From Candidatus Curtissbacteria bacterium (GTDB lineage: Bacteria; Patescibacteriota; Microgenomatia; Curtissbacterales; GWA2-41-24): DNA of 64,000 nucleotides. Every line of letters starts with the position of its first letter. Positions within the stretch are counted from its first letter, which is position 1. Below the pieces are notes generated by a model. The model did no database searches. It had not been told where the DNA came from and worked only from the letters and a program-made list of their open reading frames with translations. A program made the translations under genes and the position numbers. This document shows, one piece after another, positions 20,122 to 28,551 of the stretch. The stretch lies in assembly GCA_030647775.1 (NCBI GenBank), contig JAUSJC010000010.1, forward strand, positions 433,334 through 497,333, read 5' to 3'.

Positions 20122-20243
20122 ATCCCACGGCCTAGGGCCGTGGTTCTCTGGTCTTCGCTCAAAATCCGCCACGTCAGACGTGGCTTGTCGAGTCTGACTC
20201 GACGCTTCACCTCTGTTCTTAAGGCGGAGTTTTTCGTTCAGAA
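20121..20243. mobile_element. non-autonomous hairpin-rich element resembling IS200/IS605 ends (PATE-like)
   Basis: Three perfect 8-bp hairpins: CCACGGCC-tag-GGCCGTGG (20125-20143), GCCACGTC-a-GACGTGGC (20168-20184), GTCGAGTC-t-GACTCGAC (20187-20203). Family assignment is inference. Confidence 0.5.
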
Positions 20244-20291
20244 TAAACTTTTTCAAGTAAAGAGAGATTAAATTGATCTTCTTTTAGGGGG

Positions 20292-20345
20292 TTGACAACG
20301 TATACGGTTATGGTGAAAAATGGTAATAGATGGTGATAAATGGTG
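20292..20345 (+). promoter_or_regulatory. dcw promoter region with putative MraZ operator repeats
   Basis: TTGACA at 20292-20297, then TGGTG/TGGTA at 20311, 20321, 20331 and 20341 (exact 10-bp period), upstream of mraZ. Confidence 0.75.
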
Positions 20346-20431
20346 ATCTGCCAGCTGGCGGAACCACCTACTCCTGATAGCATATCGCTGCCCGGGAGAA
20401 AAGTCCGCTAAATGCGGCGAGGATGTAAGGG

Positions 20432-20460
20432 ACCCTCCTTCACATAAAGTTTCGGAGGGT
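20432..20460. repeat. palindromic repeat, ACCCTCCTTC...GGAGGGT family
   Basis: Hairpin ACCCTCC...GGAGGGT; its reverse complement resembles the copy at 54581-54614. Confidence 0.5.
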
Positions 20461-20468
20461 TAAAAAAA

Positions 20469-20870
20469 ATGTTTCTGGGCAGCTACAAACCTTCATTTGA
20501 TCTAAAATCACGAAGAATTGCTTTACCGAAAAAAATACGTGGCTATCTTGCGACAAGTGAAATCATATTGTCTTACGGTTTCGAGAAGTGCATTTTTGGC
20601 TTTGACACCAAGACTTGGGAAAAACAATCTGCTAAACAGCTGGAGGAATCTATTAACACGAGAAGCGCACGTGATATCAGGCGCTTCTTTTTCGCCTCTG
20701 CAGCTAGCAGTCCACTCGACGATCAGGGTAGGTTTATTATCCCTGGCAATTTACTGGAATACGCAAAAATTACGTCTCCAGTAATAATCGGTGCGGGTGA
20801 TCATTTCGAGATTTGGGAAGACTCTGTTTGGGAGAAGTTAAGAAGAGGTCTGGAGGAGAAGATGAAATGA
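20469..20870 (+). CDS. mraZ: transcriptional regulator MraZ
   Basis: MFLGSY...RIALPKKIR, LDDQGRFIIP, IIGAGDHFEIW; first gene of the dcw cluster. Confidence 0.95.
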   Translation: MFLGSYKPSFDLKSRRIALPKKIRGYLATSEIILSYGFEKCIFGFDTKTWEKQSAKQLEESINTRSARDIRRFFFASAASSPLDDQGRFIIPGNLLEYAKITSPVIIGAGDHFEIWEDSVWEKLRRGLEEKMK

Positions 20871-21733
20871 TCTATCACGCGCCAGTACTTTTACATGCCT
20901 GTTTAGATTTCATAGACCCAAAACCGGGCGATTTGATAATAGACGCGACGATTGGGGGTGGGGGACACACAGAGGAGATTTTAAAAAAGGGTGCAAAAGT
21001 TTTAGGCATAGACAGAGATCCGGACGCGATCGAGCACATTAAGCGTGAATTGGAAATTGCAGAAAATTTACGCTTGGCAAAAGGCAACTTTAGCGACCTC
21101 GGTCAAATAGCACGGGAGAATGGATTTGACAAAGTCGATGGAATAATTTTCGACTTGGGCGTTTCATCTCATCAACTGGATGAACCGTCAAGGGGTTTTA
21201 GTTTCAGGCGCGATGGGCCCTTAGATATGCGCATGGACCCATCCTTAACTTTAAGGGCAAAAGATATAATCAATAATTTTCCAGAAAGGAAGCTCGATGA
21301 AATCTTTAAAACGTATGGTCAAGAAAAGTTTAGTCGGGCAATTGCTCATGCTGCTTGTATCTCCCGTCAAATAAAACCGGTAGAGACAACGGGGGAGTTG
21401 GCAGAAATTATTAGGGAGGTGTATGTCAAAAGACACGTTAGGGAAAAAATCGATCCGGCGACAAGAACTTTTCAGGCTTTAAGGATAGTTGTAAATAGTG
21501 AACTTTTAAATCTAGAAGAAAGTTTACCGCAGACTGAGGAACTTTTAAAAATAGGCGGCCGATTGGTAATAATAAGTTTTCATTCGCTTGAAGATGGCAT
21601 AGTCAAACGTTTCTTCAAACAAAGTAGAAGCTTTATGGTTTTAACCAAAAAACCAATCGGCCCGCAAGATGAAGAAATGCGCGCAAACCCGCGCAGCAGG
21701 AGCGCCAAACTGCGCGCCGCCGAAAAAGTGTAA
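20867..21733 (+). CDS. rsmH: 16S rRNA m4C1402 methyltransferase
   Basis: HAPVLL, DATIGGGGH, DLGVSSHQLD, GPLDMRMD, ATRTFQALRI, ISFHSLED, NPRSRSAKLR. Confidence 0.97.
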   Translation: MIYHAPVLLHACLDFIDPKPGDLIIDATIGGGGHTEEILKKGAKVLGIDRDPDAIEHIKRELEIAENLRLAKGNFSDLGQIARENGFDKVDGIIFDLGVSSHQLDEPSRGFSFRRDGPLDMRMDPSLTLRAKDIINNFPERKLDEIFKTYGQEKFSRAIAHAACISRQIKPVETTGELAEIIREVYVKRHVREKIDPATRTFQALRIVVNSELLNLEESLPQTEELLKIGGRLVIISFHSLEDGIVKRFFKQSRSFMVLTKKPIGPQDEEMRANPRSRSAKLRAAEKV

Positions 21734-21790
21734 GGGGGCTATTAAAAAAAATTGGGCAGCAAGTAAATTTCCGCATATAAGGAGAAAACT

Positions 21791-22153
21791 TTGTTGTCAC
21801 AAGTAGACTTTAGAGTCAAACAAGAATATTACAAGCCTGTTTTTACAATCAGTGGCGCCGCGTCCCAGCGAAGCCGGTTATTTGATTGGGGATCAATCGG
21901 AAAAATAAAATTAAGAGTGCTCATAACTTTTAGTATTCTTTTAACTTGTTTATTTTTAACTCAATTGGTTTTTGCCGCCAACCTTTCAACGGATGGCCAA
22001 AAGTTAGCAATTGCCCAGGAGGCTATCGCCAAATATGAATCGGAAAACGCCGACATAAGAGCCCAAATTGCCCGGCAGTCTTCTCTTACAAATCTTTCCC
22101 AAAAAGCCGAAGCTCTCGGCTTTAGCGCCAATCCAAAGATAATTAACCCCTGA
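21791..22153 (+). CDS. ftsL: FtsL-like bitopic cell division protein
   Basis: Lies between rsmH and ftsI; one TM then a coiled coil ending AEALGF. Confidence 0.65.
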   Translation: MLSQVDFRVKQEYYKPVFTISGAASQRSRLFDWGSIGKIKLRVLITFSILLTCLFLTQLVFAANLSTDGQKLAIAQEAIAKYESENADIRAQIARQSSLTNLSQKAEALGFSANPKIINP

Positions 22154-22170
22154 ACTGCTAAACTAAAATA

Positions 22171-23994
22171 GTGATAGACAGGCTTAATATTTTTAAGTTC
22201 CTAATTTTCGTTTTTGCCCTGGCTATTGTCGCCAGGCTTTTTTATTGGCAATTCCTTTCCACTTATAGCGGACGGAATGTCTATAGCCAGGAGAATGAAA
22301 TTCCGCCTACCCGCGGTGAAATCTTTGCCTCCGACAATTTCCCTCTTGTTACAAACCAGGAGGCGTTTTTAATCTATGCCAAGCCAAAGGAATTAAAAGA
22401 GGATCCGGCCGCACTTGCCAAAAAGATTGCCCCTTTTTTAATTTCTGAAAAATACGCCCGCCCGCCATCGACTGAAGCCCCGCCTGACTTCGAGTTGACG
22501 AAGTCAAGTCGGGCAGGCGTAGGCTCTGTCGGGCAGGCTACGAATTCTGCCGCTCTTTCCCCCGAAGAGCAAAAACAAAAAGACGGCGAAATTAAAAATA
22601 TAGAGGCAGATCTGACCAAAAAGCTTTCGGATAAAAATCTTTTTTGGGTACAAATTGCCAGAAAAATTACGAAGGATATTAAACAAAAAATAGAAGATCT
22701 TAAAATCGCAGGGTTTGGTTTTGAATCTGACGATAAACGCCTCTACCCCGAAGCCTCTATGGCCGCCCAGCTTTTAGGTTTTGTCGGTTCGGATAAATTT
22801 GGTAAGGATATAGGTTACTTCGGTTTGGAAGGTTATTATGACAAGCAAATACGCGGCAAACCCGGAAGGATTGGTAGTGAAAAAGACCCATTCGGCTTCC
22901 CGATTCTTGTTGGTAAATACCGCGAGGTTAAACCCCAAAAAGGCGCCTCGCTTTACACGACTCTTGATAGAGTAGTCCAGTTTATTGTTGAGCAGAAGTT
23001 AGCCCAAGCCGTCGAAAGGTACGGCGCCAAAGACGGTAGTGTCATAGTTGTTGATCCAAAAACCGGCCATATTTTGGCAATGGCGACTTACCCGAATTAT
23101 AATCCGGCATTTTTTTCTGAATTTGACCCCAAACTTTATAGGAATCCTGTTGTAGCCGATACTTATGAACCGGGTTCGACGTTTAAACTGGTCACCATGT
23201 CGGCCGCCCTTGAACTTTCTGTTGTCGGGCCCGAGACGCGCTGTAATGTTTGTTCCGGCCCGCGGCAGATTGGCGGTTTTGAAATTTCAACCTGGAATAA
23301 GAAATATTATCCCGATACGACAATGACCGAAGTTATTCAGCATTCCGATAATATTGGTATGACCTTTGTTGCGGATAAATTGGGGCTAGATCGTCTTTAT
23401 AGTTACATTAATAAGTTCGGGTTTGGCCGAAAAACAGGAATTGATCTTCAGGAAGAAACCCCGGCCCCAATAAGGGCGAAGGATGATTGGCGCAAAATCG
23501 ATCTTGCCACTGCCTCGTTCGGTCAAGGTATCGCCGTTACTCCAATTCAAATGCTTGAAGCCGTCGGTGCTATTGCCAATGGGGGCAAATTAATTTCCCC
23601 AAAGGTCGTCGCTAAAATTGTTGATAGAGGACAGGAAGAATTGATCAGGCCGGATCTTGAAAAGCAGATAATATCGCCAAAAACGGCAGCGCAAATAACC
23701 GAAATGATGGTTAATGCCGTCGACCACGGAGAAGCGCAGGCATTTAAACCGCAGGGCTTCAGAATTGCAGGCAAAACCGGTACGGCGCAAATTCCCCTTG
23801 CCGGTCATTACGATCCTAATAAAACAATTGCTTCGTTTGTTGGTTTTGCACCCGCCGACGATCCTAAATTTGTCATGATTGTTCGCTTCACGGAACCAAC
23901 TTCGTCGCCCTTTGGCTCTGAAACTGCCGCTCCCACTTTCTTCGCGATCGCCAAAGACCTTTTCAATTATTATGGTATCCCTCAAAATCGCTAG
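22171..23994 (+). CDS. ftsI: class B penicillin-binding protein (FtsI/PBP3)
   Basis: TM, PTRGEI, RLYP, GLEGYYD, YEPGSTFK (SxxK), HSDNIG (SxN), AGKTGTAQ; carries a 27-aa repeat-derived insert. Confidence 0.95.
   Translation: MIDRLNIFKFLIFVFALAIVARLFYWQFLSTYSGRNVYSQENEIPPTRGEIFASDNFPLVTNQEAFLIYAKPKELKEDPAALAKKIAPFLISEKYARPPSTEAPPDFELTKSSRAGVGSVGQATNSAALSPEEQKQKDGEIKNIEADLTKKLSDKNLFWVQIARKITKDIKQKIEDLKIAGFGFESDDKRLYPEASMAAQLLGFVGSDKFGKDIGYFGLEGYYDKQIRGKPGRIGSEKDPFGFPILVGKYREVKPQKGASLYTTLDRVVQFIVEQKLAQAVERYGAKDGSVIVVDPKTGHILAMATYPNYNPAFFSEFDPKLYRNPVVADTYEPGSTFKLVTMSAALELSVVGPETRCNVCSGPRQIGGFEISTWNKKYYPDTTMTEVIQHSDNIGMTFVADKLGLDRLYSYINKFGFGRKTGIDLQEETPAPIRAKDDWRKIDLATASFGQGIAVTPIQMLEAVGAIANGGKLISPKVVAKIVDRGQEELIRPDLEKQIISPKTAAQITEMMVNAVDHGEAQAFKPQGFRIAGKTGTAQIPLAGHYDPNKTIASFVGFAPADDPKFVMIVRFTEPTSSPFGSETAAPTFFAIAKDLFNYYGIPQNR
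22457..22537 (+). repeat. two nested CCCGCC...GGGCAGG palindromic elements inserted in frame in ftsI
   Basis: The 81-nt outer insert contains a 39-nt inner copy (22479-22517, hairpin TGACTTCG...CGAAGTCA). Both lengths are multiples of 3 and removal restores SEKYATNSA. Confidence 0.8.
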
Positions 23995-24030
23995 TGGTGA
24001 CATGTGCAGCCGTAAAGTGTACAATTATTC

Positions 24031-24288
24031 TTGATGGATAACTTTTTTGGGGGTATGAATCTACAGGGGAATTACGCACTCAATATACTTTTTGCTTTAA
24101 GCTTTGTTTGGTCAACTGCTTGGAAAGGGCTTGGGCTCTGGAATGCCGCTAAGAATAAACAGCAGTACTGGTTTGTGGCGATGCTGATTATAAATACGCT
24201 GGGTATTCTCGAAATCGTTTATCTTTTCCGCTTTGCCACAAAAAGGCTAACTATAAAAGAGCTTTTAAGCCTCGTCAAAAGGGGATAA
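24031..24288 (+). CDS. DUF5652-family small membrane protein
   Basis: WSTAWKGLGLWNAAKNKQQYWFVAMLIINTLGILEIVYLF. Confidence 0.8.
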   Translation: MMDNFFGGMNLQGNYALNILFALSFVWSTAWKGLGLWNAAKNKQQYWFVAMLIINTLGILEIVYLFRFATKRLTIKELLSLVKRG

Positions 24289-24376
24289 TCCCCAAAAATA
24301 GCCCGTCCTCTTCAGATTGTAATATCCCATAATAAATGGTACAATTTAGCTTCGGGACGGGATATAATATAAATAC

Positions 24377-25570
24377 ATGTGGCAAAGAATTAAAAACTAT
24401 TACCACCTAGCCCAAGCTTTTTTAGCAGCAGTCATTTTTAATTTTCCCTCAAATAAAATTAAGGTAATCGGCGTTACGGGAACAGACGGCAAGACAACGA
24501 CCGTCCATATGATTTATGAAATTATAAAAGCATCGGGGCAAAAAGTATCCATGATTTCCTCGGTGGGAGCCGCCATTGGATCTAAAGCTTTCGATACAGG
24601 TTTCCATGTTACAACTCCATCAAGCTGGCAGGTTCAAAAATATCTAAGAAAAGCGGCCGACAGCGGACATAAGTATTTCGTCCTGGAAACCACTTCCCAC
24701 GGCCTTGATCAAAACCGCCTGGCCTATGTGCACTTCGAAATTGGAGTCCTGACCAATATCACTCACGACCACCTTGATTACCACGGTACTTGGGAGAACT
24801 ATGCCGCCTCCAAAGCAAAACTTTTCAAAAACGTTGCTTATTCAATTTTGAATTACGATGACCATAAATCATTCTCTTTTCTCCAAAATAAAGCAGCAGG
24901 TCAAGTTATTCCCTATGGAATCAAAAGTGGTGCCGATATCAATACAAAAAATTTTCCGCTTAAGCTCAAAATTAAAGGGGACTACAATTTAGAAAATGCC
25001 TTAGCATCGGCCGCCGCAACCAAAGCGCTAGGTGTTTCAAAGCAAAAAATCGTGAGAGCCCTCGCCAAGTTTTCAAAGGTTCCGGGTAGGATGGAAGAAA
25101 TAAACCTTGGTCAGGGCTTTAACGTTATTGTTGATTTTGCCCATACCCCAAATGCCCTGTCCCAAGCCCTCAGAACCCTAAAACCCAAAAGGCCGGGCCG
25201 TCTCATGGCCGTTTTTGGAGCAGCGGGAGAGAGGGATAAACTCAAAAGGCCGATTATGGGCAGAGTTGCCGATGAGAATGCCGATATCATTATCCTGACT
25301 GCCGAAGATCCAAGAAACGAAAAGGTTTTAGATATCGCCAGCCAGATTAAAAAGGGTATTAAAAATAAAACCGAAGGCAAAAGTCTTTTTGTAATTGAGG
25401 ACAGGGAAAAAGCTATCGGGTATGCCATAAATCTGGCTGCCAAAAATGATATTGTCGGAATTTTTGGCAAGGGTCACGAGAAGAGTATGTGTTTCGGCAA
25501 GAAGGAATCGCCTTGGGACGAATTCCATGTTACTGCAACCGCTATTAGAAGGAGGGTAAATGGCAAGTAA
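24377..25570 (+). CDS. murE: UDP-MurNAc-tripeptide synthetase
   Basis: IGVTGTDGKTTT, HVTTP, LETTSHGLDQ, TNITHDHLDYH, VDFAHTP, EDPRNE, GKGHE. Confidence 0.93.
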   Translation: MWQRIKNYYHLAQAFLAAVIFNFPSNKIKVIGVTGTDGKTTTVHMIYEIIKASGQKVSMISSVGAAIGSKAFDTGFHVTTPSSWQVQKYLRKAADSGHKYFVLETTSHGLDQNRLAYVHFEIGVLTNITHDHLDYHGTWENYAASKAKLFKNVAYSILNYDDHKSFSFLQNKAAGQVIPYGIKSGADINTKNFPLKLKIKGDYNLENALASAAATKALGVSKQKIVRALAKFSKVPGRMEEINLGQGFNVIVDFAHTPNALSQALRTLKPKRPGRLMAVFGAAGERDKLKRPIMGRVADENADIIILTAEDPRNEKVLDIASQIKKGIKNKTEGKSLFVIEDREKAIGYAINLAAKNDIVGIFGKGHEKSMCFGKKESPWDEFHVTATAIRRRVNGK

Positions 25571-27554
25571 AAATAATTTCGCGGCAGTGGTGCTTGCGGC
25601 GGGTGTCGGCAAAAGGATGAAGTCCAAGACCTCAAAAGTTTTGCACGAAGTCGCCGGCAAACCAATAATTACACGCACCGTGGGGATCGTTGCATCCCTA
25701 AACCCCAGCCAAATAGTTATCGTTGCCAGTTCGCAAAATGCTAAAGACGTAAAAAGAATATTAAACGAAAAACCGGCCATCGCAATTCAAAAAGAGGCCC
25801 TAGGTACTGCTGATGCGACGAAGGCGGGATTGACAAAAATTAAAGAAGGCATAAAAGATATTGCGGTTCTCTATGGTGATGACACCGCCTTTTACAAGCC
25901 GCAGACTATCCTAAACGTCTTTGCGCTTCACCGAAAAACTTCTGCAAAAATTACTTTCGTCACTTTAGAAAAAGAAAATCCGTCTGGTCTTGGCAGAATC
26001 GTCAGAGAGAATGGTAAGCTTATCGGCATTGTCGAGGAAAAGGACGCGACAAAAAAAGAAAGGCAAATCAAAGAAATAAATGACGGTTTATATTTTTTCA
26101 GCAAAGACTGGCTTTTACAAAATCTTTCCAAACTTTTACCCTCTCCAGTAACAGGAGAATATTACTTGACCGATCTTATCAAAATTGCCCTTTCCCAAAA
26201 TCAAAAGGTCGAAACCTATAAATTAAAAGATCCCGGCCAGTGGCACGGAATAAATACCCCCGAAGAGTTGGAAGAAGCCAACAGCAAACTCAAAAACAAA
26301 ATCCATATTATGGGAATCGTCGGTGCCGGTGCAGCGGCCGTTGCCGGAATTGCCAAAGCATACGGTTTTAAAGTTTCTGGATGCGATATTTCGCCGCAGT
26401 CGGCTTACTCAAAAGGGTTAGGTATTAAGGTCCAAAAAGGCCATGACTCCGGCCATTTGAAAGCAGCCGACATGCTTATAATCTCTCCGGCCGTCTTAAA
26501 ACTAGATCCCAAAAACCGGGAGGTGGCAAAAGCAAAAAGTTTAAAAATCCCCGTTTCAACATGGCAGGAATTTCAGGGGGAATATTTACAAGAAGGTAAA
26601 TTTGTTATTGCCGTGGCGGGAGCTTATGGGAAATCAACGACAACCGCCATGGTTTCTCAAATATTAATCGATGCTGGTCTCGACCCGACATGTGAAGTTG
26701 GTGCAAAAGTCCTTTCATGGGATAAAAACTTTAGAGTCGGCAAGTCAAAATACTTCGTCTGCGAGGCGGACGAATACAATAATAACTTTTTAAATTACTC
26801 GCCGGATATTGCCGTCATCTTAAATATCGTCTGGGAGCATCCGGACTTTTTCAAGTCCGAAAAGGATATCACCGCATCGTATCAAAAATTTATTGATAAT
26901 ATCAAACCCGGCGGCACCCTAATCACAGGGTCCGACCCTCTGATACTTAAGCACAGAAAAAACGTCAAAACAGAGAAAATAGGGTCCGACCCTAACATTA
27001 CTAACATTAAACTTTCAATAATCGGTAATTTCCGAAAAGAAAACGCCGCCGCCGCGCTTTCCGTCGCCAAAGCGCTAAACCTTGATCTCCAAAAAGCCAA
27101 AAAATCGATAGAAAATTTCAAAGGCTTGGGGCGCCGTTTGGAGTTAAAAGGGGAGATAGACGGCGTCAAATTTTACGATGATTATGCCGTTCAGCCTTAT
27201 ACGGTCAAAACTACCGCGGACGCGTTAAAAGAAGAATTTAAAGATAAAAAAGTTTTGCTCGTTTTTGAACCACATACTTTTTCTCGCATCGAAACTTTTT
27301 TTGGCGATTTTGTCTCTGCGCTTAAAAAATCAAATGTCGATAAAATCTATATAACAGAAGTTTTTACGGCTAGGGAAAAAGGCAACAAAAAAACACTCGC
27401 TAAAAAACTGGCTAAAAAGGTAGGGAAAAAGGCAAAATTTACCGGATCGCTTGCCCAAACAGCGCAAGAAGTTAAAGATAATCTCGGGAAGTTTGAGATT
27501 GTCCTCTCGATGGGCGCCGGCGATATTTATAAGTTATACGATTTTTTTAAATAA
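25560..27554 (+). CDS. murC: fusion of a GlmU-type uridylyltransferase domain and MurC
   Basis: N-part: LAAGVGKRMKS..SKVLH, LGTADA, LYGD, GRIVR..IVEEKDAT, EYYLTD, GINT. C-part: IHIMGIVGAG, AVAGAYGKSTTT, CEADE, EHPD, GRRLE, DDYA, VFEPHTFSR, MGAGDI. Confidence 0.9.
   Translation: MASKNNFAAVVLAAGVGKRMKSKTSKVLHEVAGKPIITRTVGIVASLNPSQIVIVASSQNAKDVKRILNEKPAIAIQKEALGTADATKAGLTKIKEGIKDIAVLYGDDTAFYKPQTILNVFALHRKTSAKITFVTLEKENPSGLGRIVRENGKLIGIVEEKDATKKERQIKEINDGLYFFSKDWLLQNLSKLLPSPVTGEYYLTDLIKIALSQNQKVETYKLKDPGQWHGINTPEELEEANSKLKNKIHIMGIVGAGAAAVAGIAKAYGFKVSGCDISPQSAYSKGLGIKVQKGHDSGHLKAADMLIISPAVLKLDPKNREVAKAKSLKIPVSTWQEFQGEYLQEGKFVIAVAGAYGKSTTTAMVSQILIDAGLDPTCEVGAKVLSWDKNFRVGKSKYFVCEADEYNNNFLNYSPDIAVILNIVWEHPDFFKSEKDITASYQKFIDNIKPGGTLITGSDPLILKHRKNVKTEKIGSDPNITNIKLSIIGNFRKENAAAALSVAKALNLDLQKAKKSIENFKGLGRRLELKGEIDGVKFYDDYAVQPYTVKTTADALKEEFKDKKVLLVFEPHTFSRIETFFGDFVSALKKSNVDKIYITEVFTAREKGNKKTLAKKLAKKVGKKAKFTGSLAQTAQEVKDNLGKFEIVLSMGAGDIYKLYDFFK
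26927..26993. repeat. two copies of the 13-bp palindrome AGGGTCCGACCCT inside murC
   Basis: Exact copies at 26927-26939 and 26981-26993, each encoding GSDP. Confidence 0.85.
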
Positions 27555-27555
27555 A

Positions 27556-28551
27556 ATGCCAAATTACGAAGAATTAAAAAATATTCTAGGGCCACTAAGG
27601 GTTTTTGAAAATGAACCACTGGCAAACCATACCTATTTTAAAATCGGCGGCCCGGCGCGGCTTTTTTTCGAGGCTAAAAGCTTGGATGATCTCAAGCTGG
27701 CCATAACAACAGCCAAAGAAAATAAAATCCCATTTGTTATTCTTGGCGGCGGCGCTAACGTACTTGTATCGGATAAAGGCTTTAACGGACTGGTTATTAA
27801 AAACAGGGCGGATGGTATAAAACTGGTTGGTTTAAAAGGGACAATCGACAAAACCGGGACCGGGATCAAAAACGCTCTTGTTTGGGCTTCATCTGGTACG
27901 CCGATGAATCAGCTTGCCCGCTTTACCATTGATCAAGGCTTGGAGGGGTTGGAATTTTTACTGTCTGTCCCCGGAACTATTGGCGGCGGGCTTAAAATTA
28001 ATGCCCATTTCGAAGTTGAGAAAGGCGATTTTATCGGCAGCCGGTTAGTTTCCGCGCTACTCTTTAACACAAAAACCAACCAAATAAAAAACGTAGACCA
28101 GACTTATTTCGAATTTTCTTACGACTATTCCAAAATCCAACAAACCGGTGAAATAGTTCTAGAAGCCGTTTTTCGGCTGGACAGAGCCCAAGATTCCCAA
28201 GGCCTTTGGCAAAGAGCGATGGATAATGTCAAAAGAAGAAATGACCAGCAGCCGGTCGGAATTGCCTGCTCCGGTTGTGTCTTCCGCAACATTTCACACG
28301 AGGATGCAGTTCATCTGGCCACTCCTAACCTGACAACATCAACCGGCTACATTATCGATAGCCTTGGCCTTAAAGGTACCAAAATTGGAGGCGCCGAAAT
28401 TTCTACCCACCACGCCAATTTTATCTTAAATACCGGAGGCGCCATGGCCCAAGATGTTATAGAATTGATTAACCTGATCAAGGCCAAAGCTAAAGAAACA
28501 TACGGTTTGGATTTAAAAGAAGAAATATTTTTGATCGGAGATTTTTTATGA
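27556..28551 (+). CDS. murB: UDP-N-acetylenolpyruvoylglucosamine reductase
   Basis: HTYFKIGGPA, LGGGANVL, GLEFL..VPGTIGG, SGCVFRN, HANFILN; start at ATG 27556. Confidence 0.95.
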   Translation: MPNYEELKNILGPLRVFENEPLANHTYFKIGGPARLFFEAKSLDDLKLAITTAKENKIPFVILGGGANVLVSDKGFNGLVIKNRADGIKLVGLKGTIDKTGTGIKNALVWASSGTPMNQLARFTIDQGLEGLEFLLSVPGTIGGGLKINAHFEVEKGDFIGSRLVSALLFNTKTNQIKNVDQTYFEFSYDYSKIQQTGEIVLEAVFRLDRAQDSQGLWQRAMDNVKRRNDQQPVGIACSGCVFRNISHEDAVHLATPNLTTSTGYIIDSLGLKGTKIGGAEISTHHANFILNTGGAMAQDVIELINLIKAKAKETYGLDLKEEIFLIGDFL

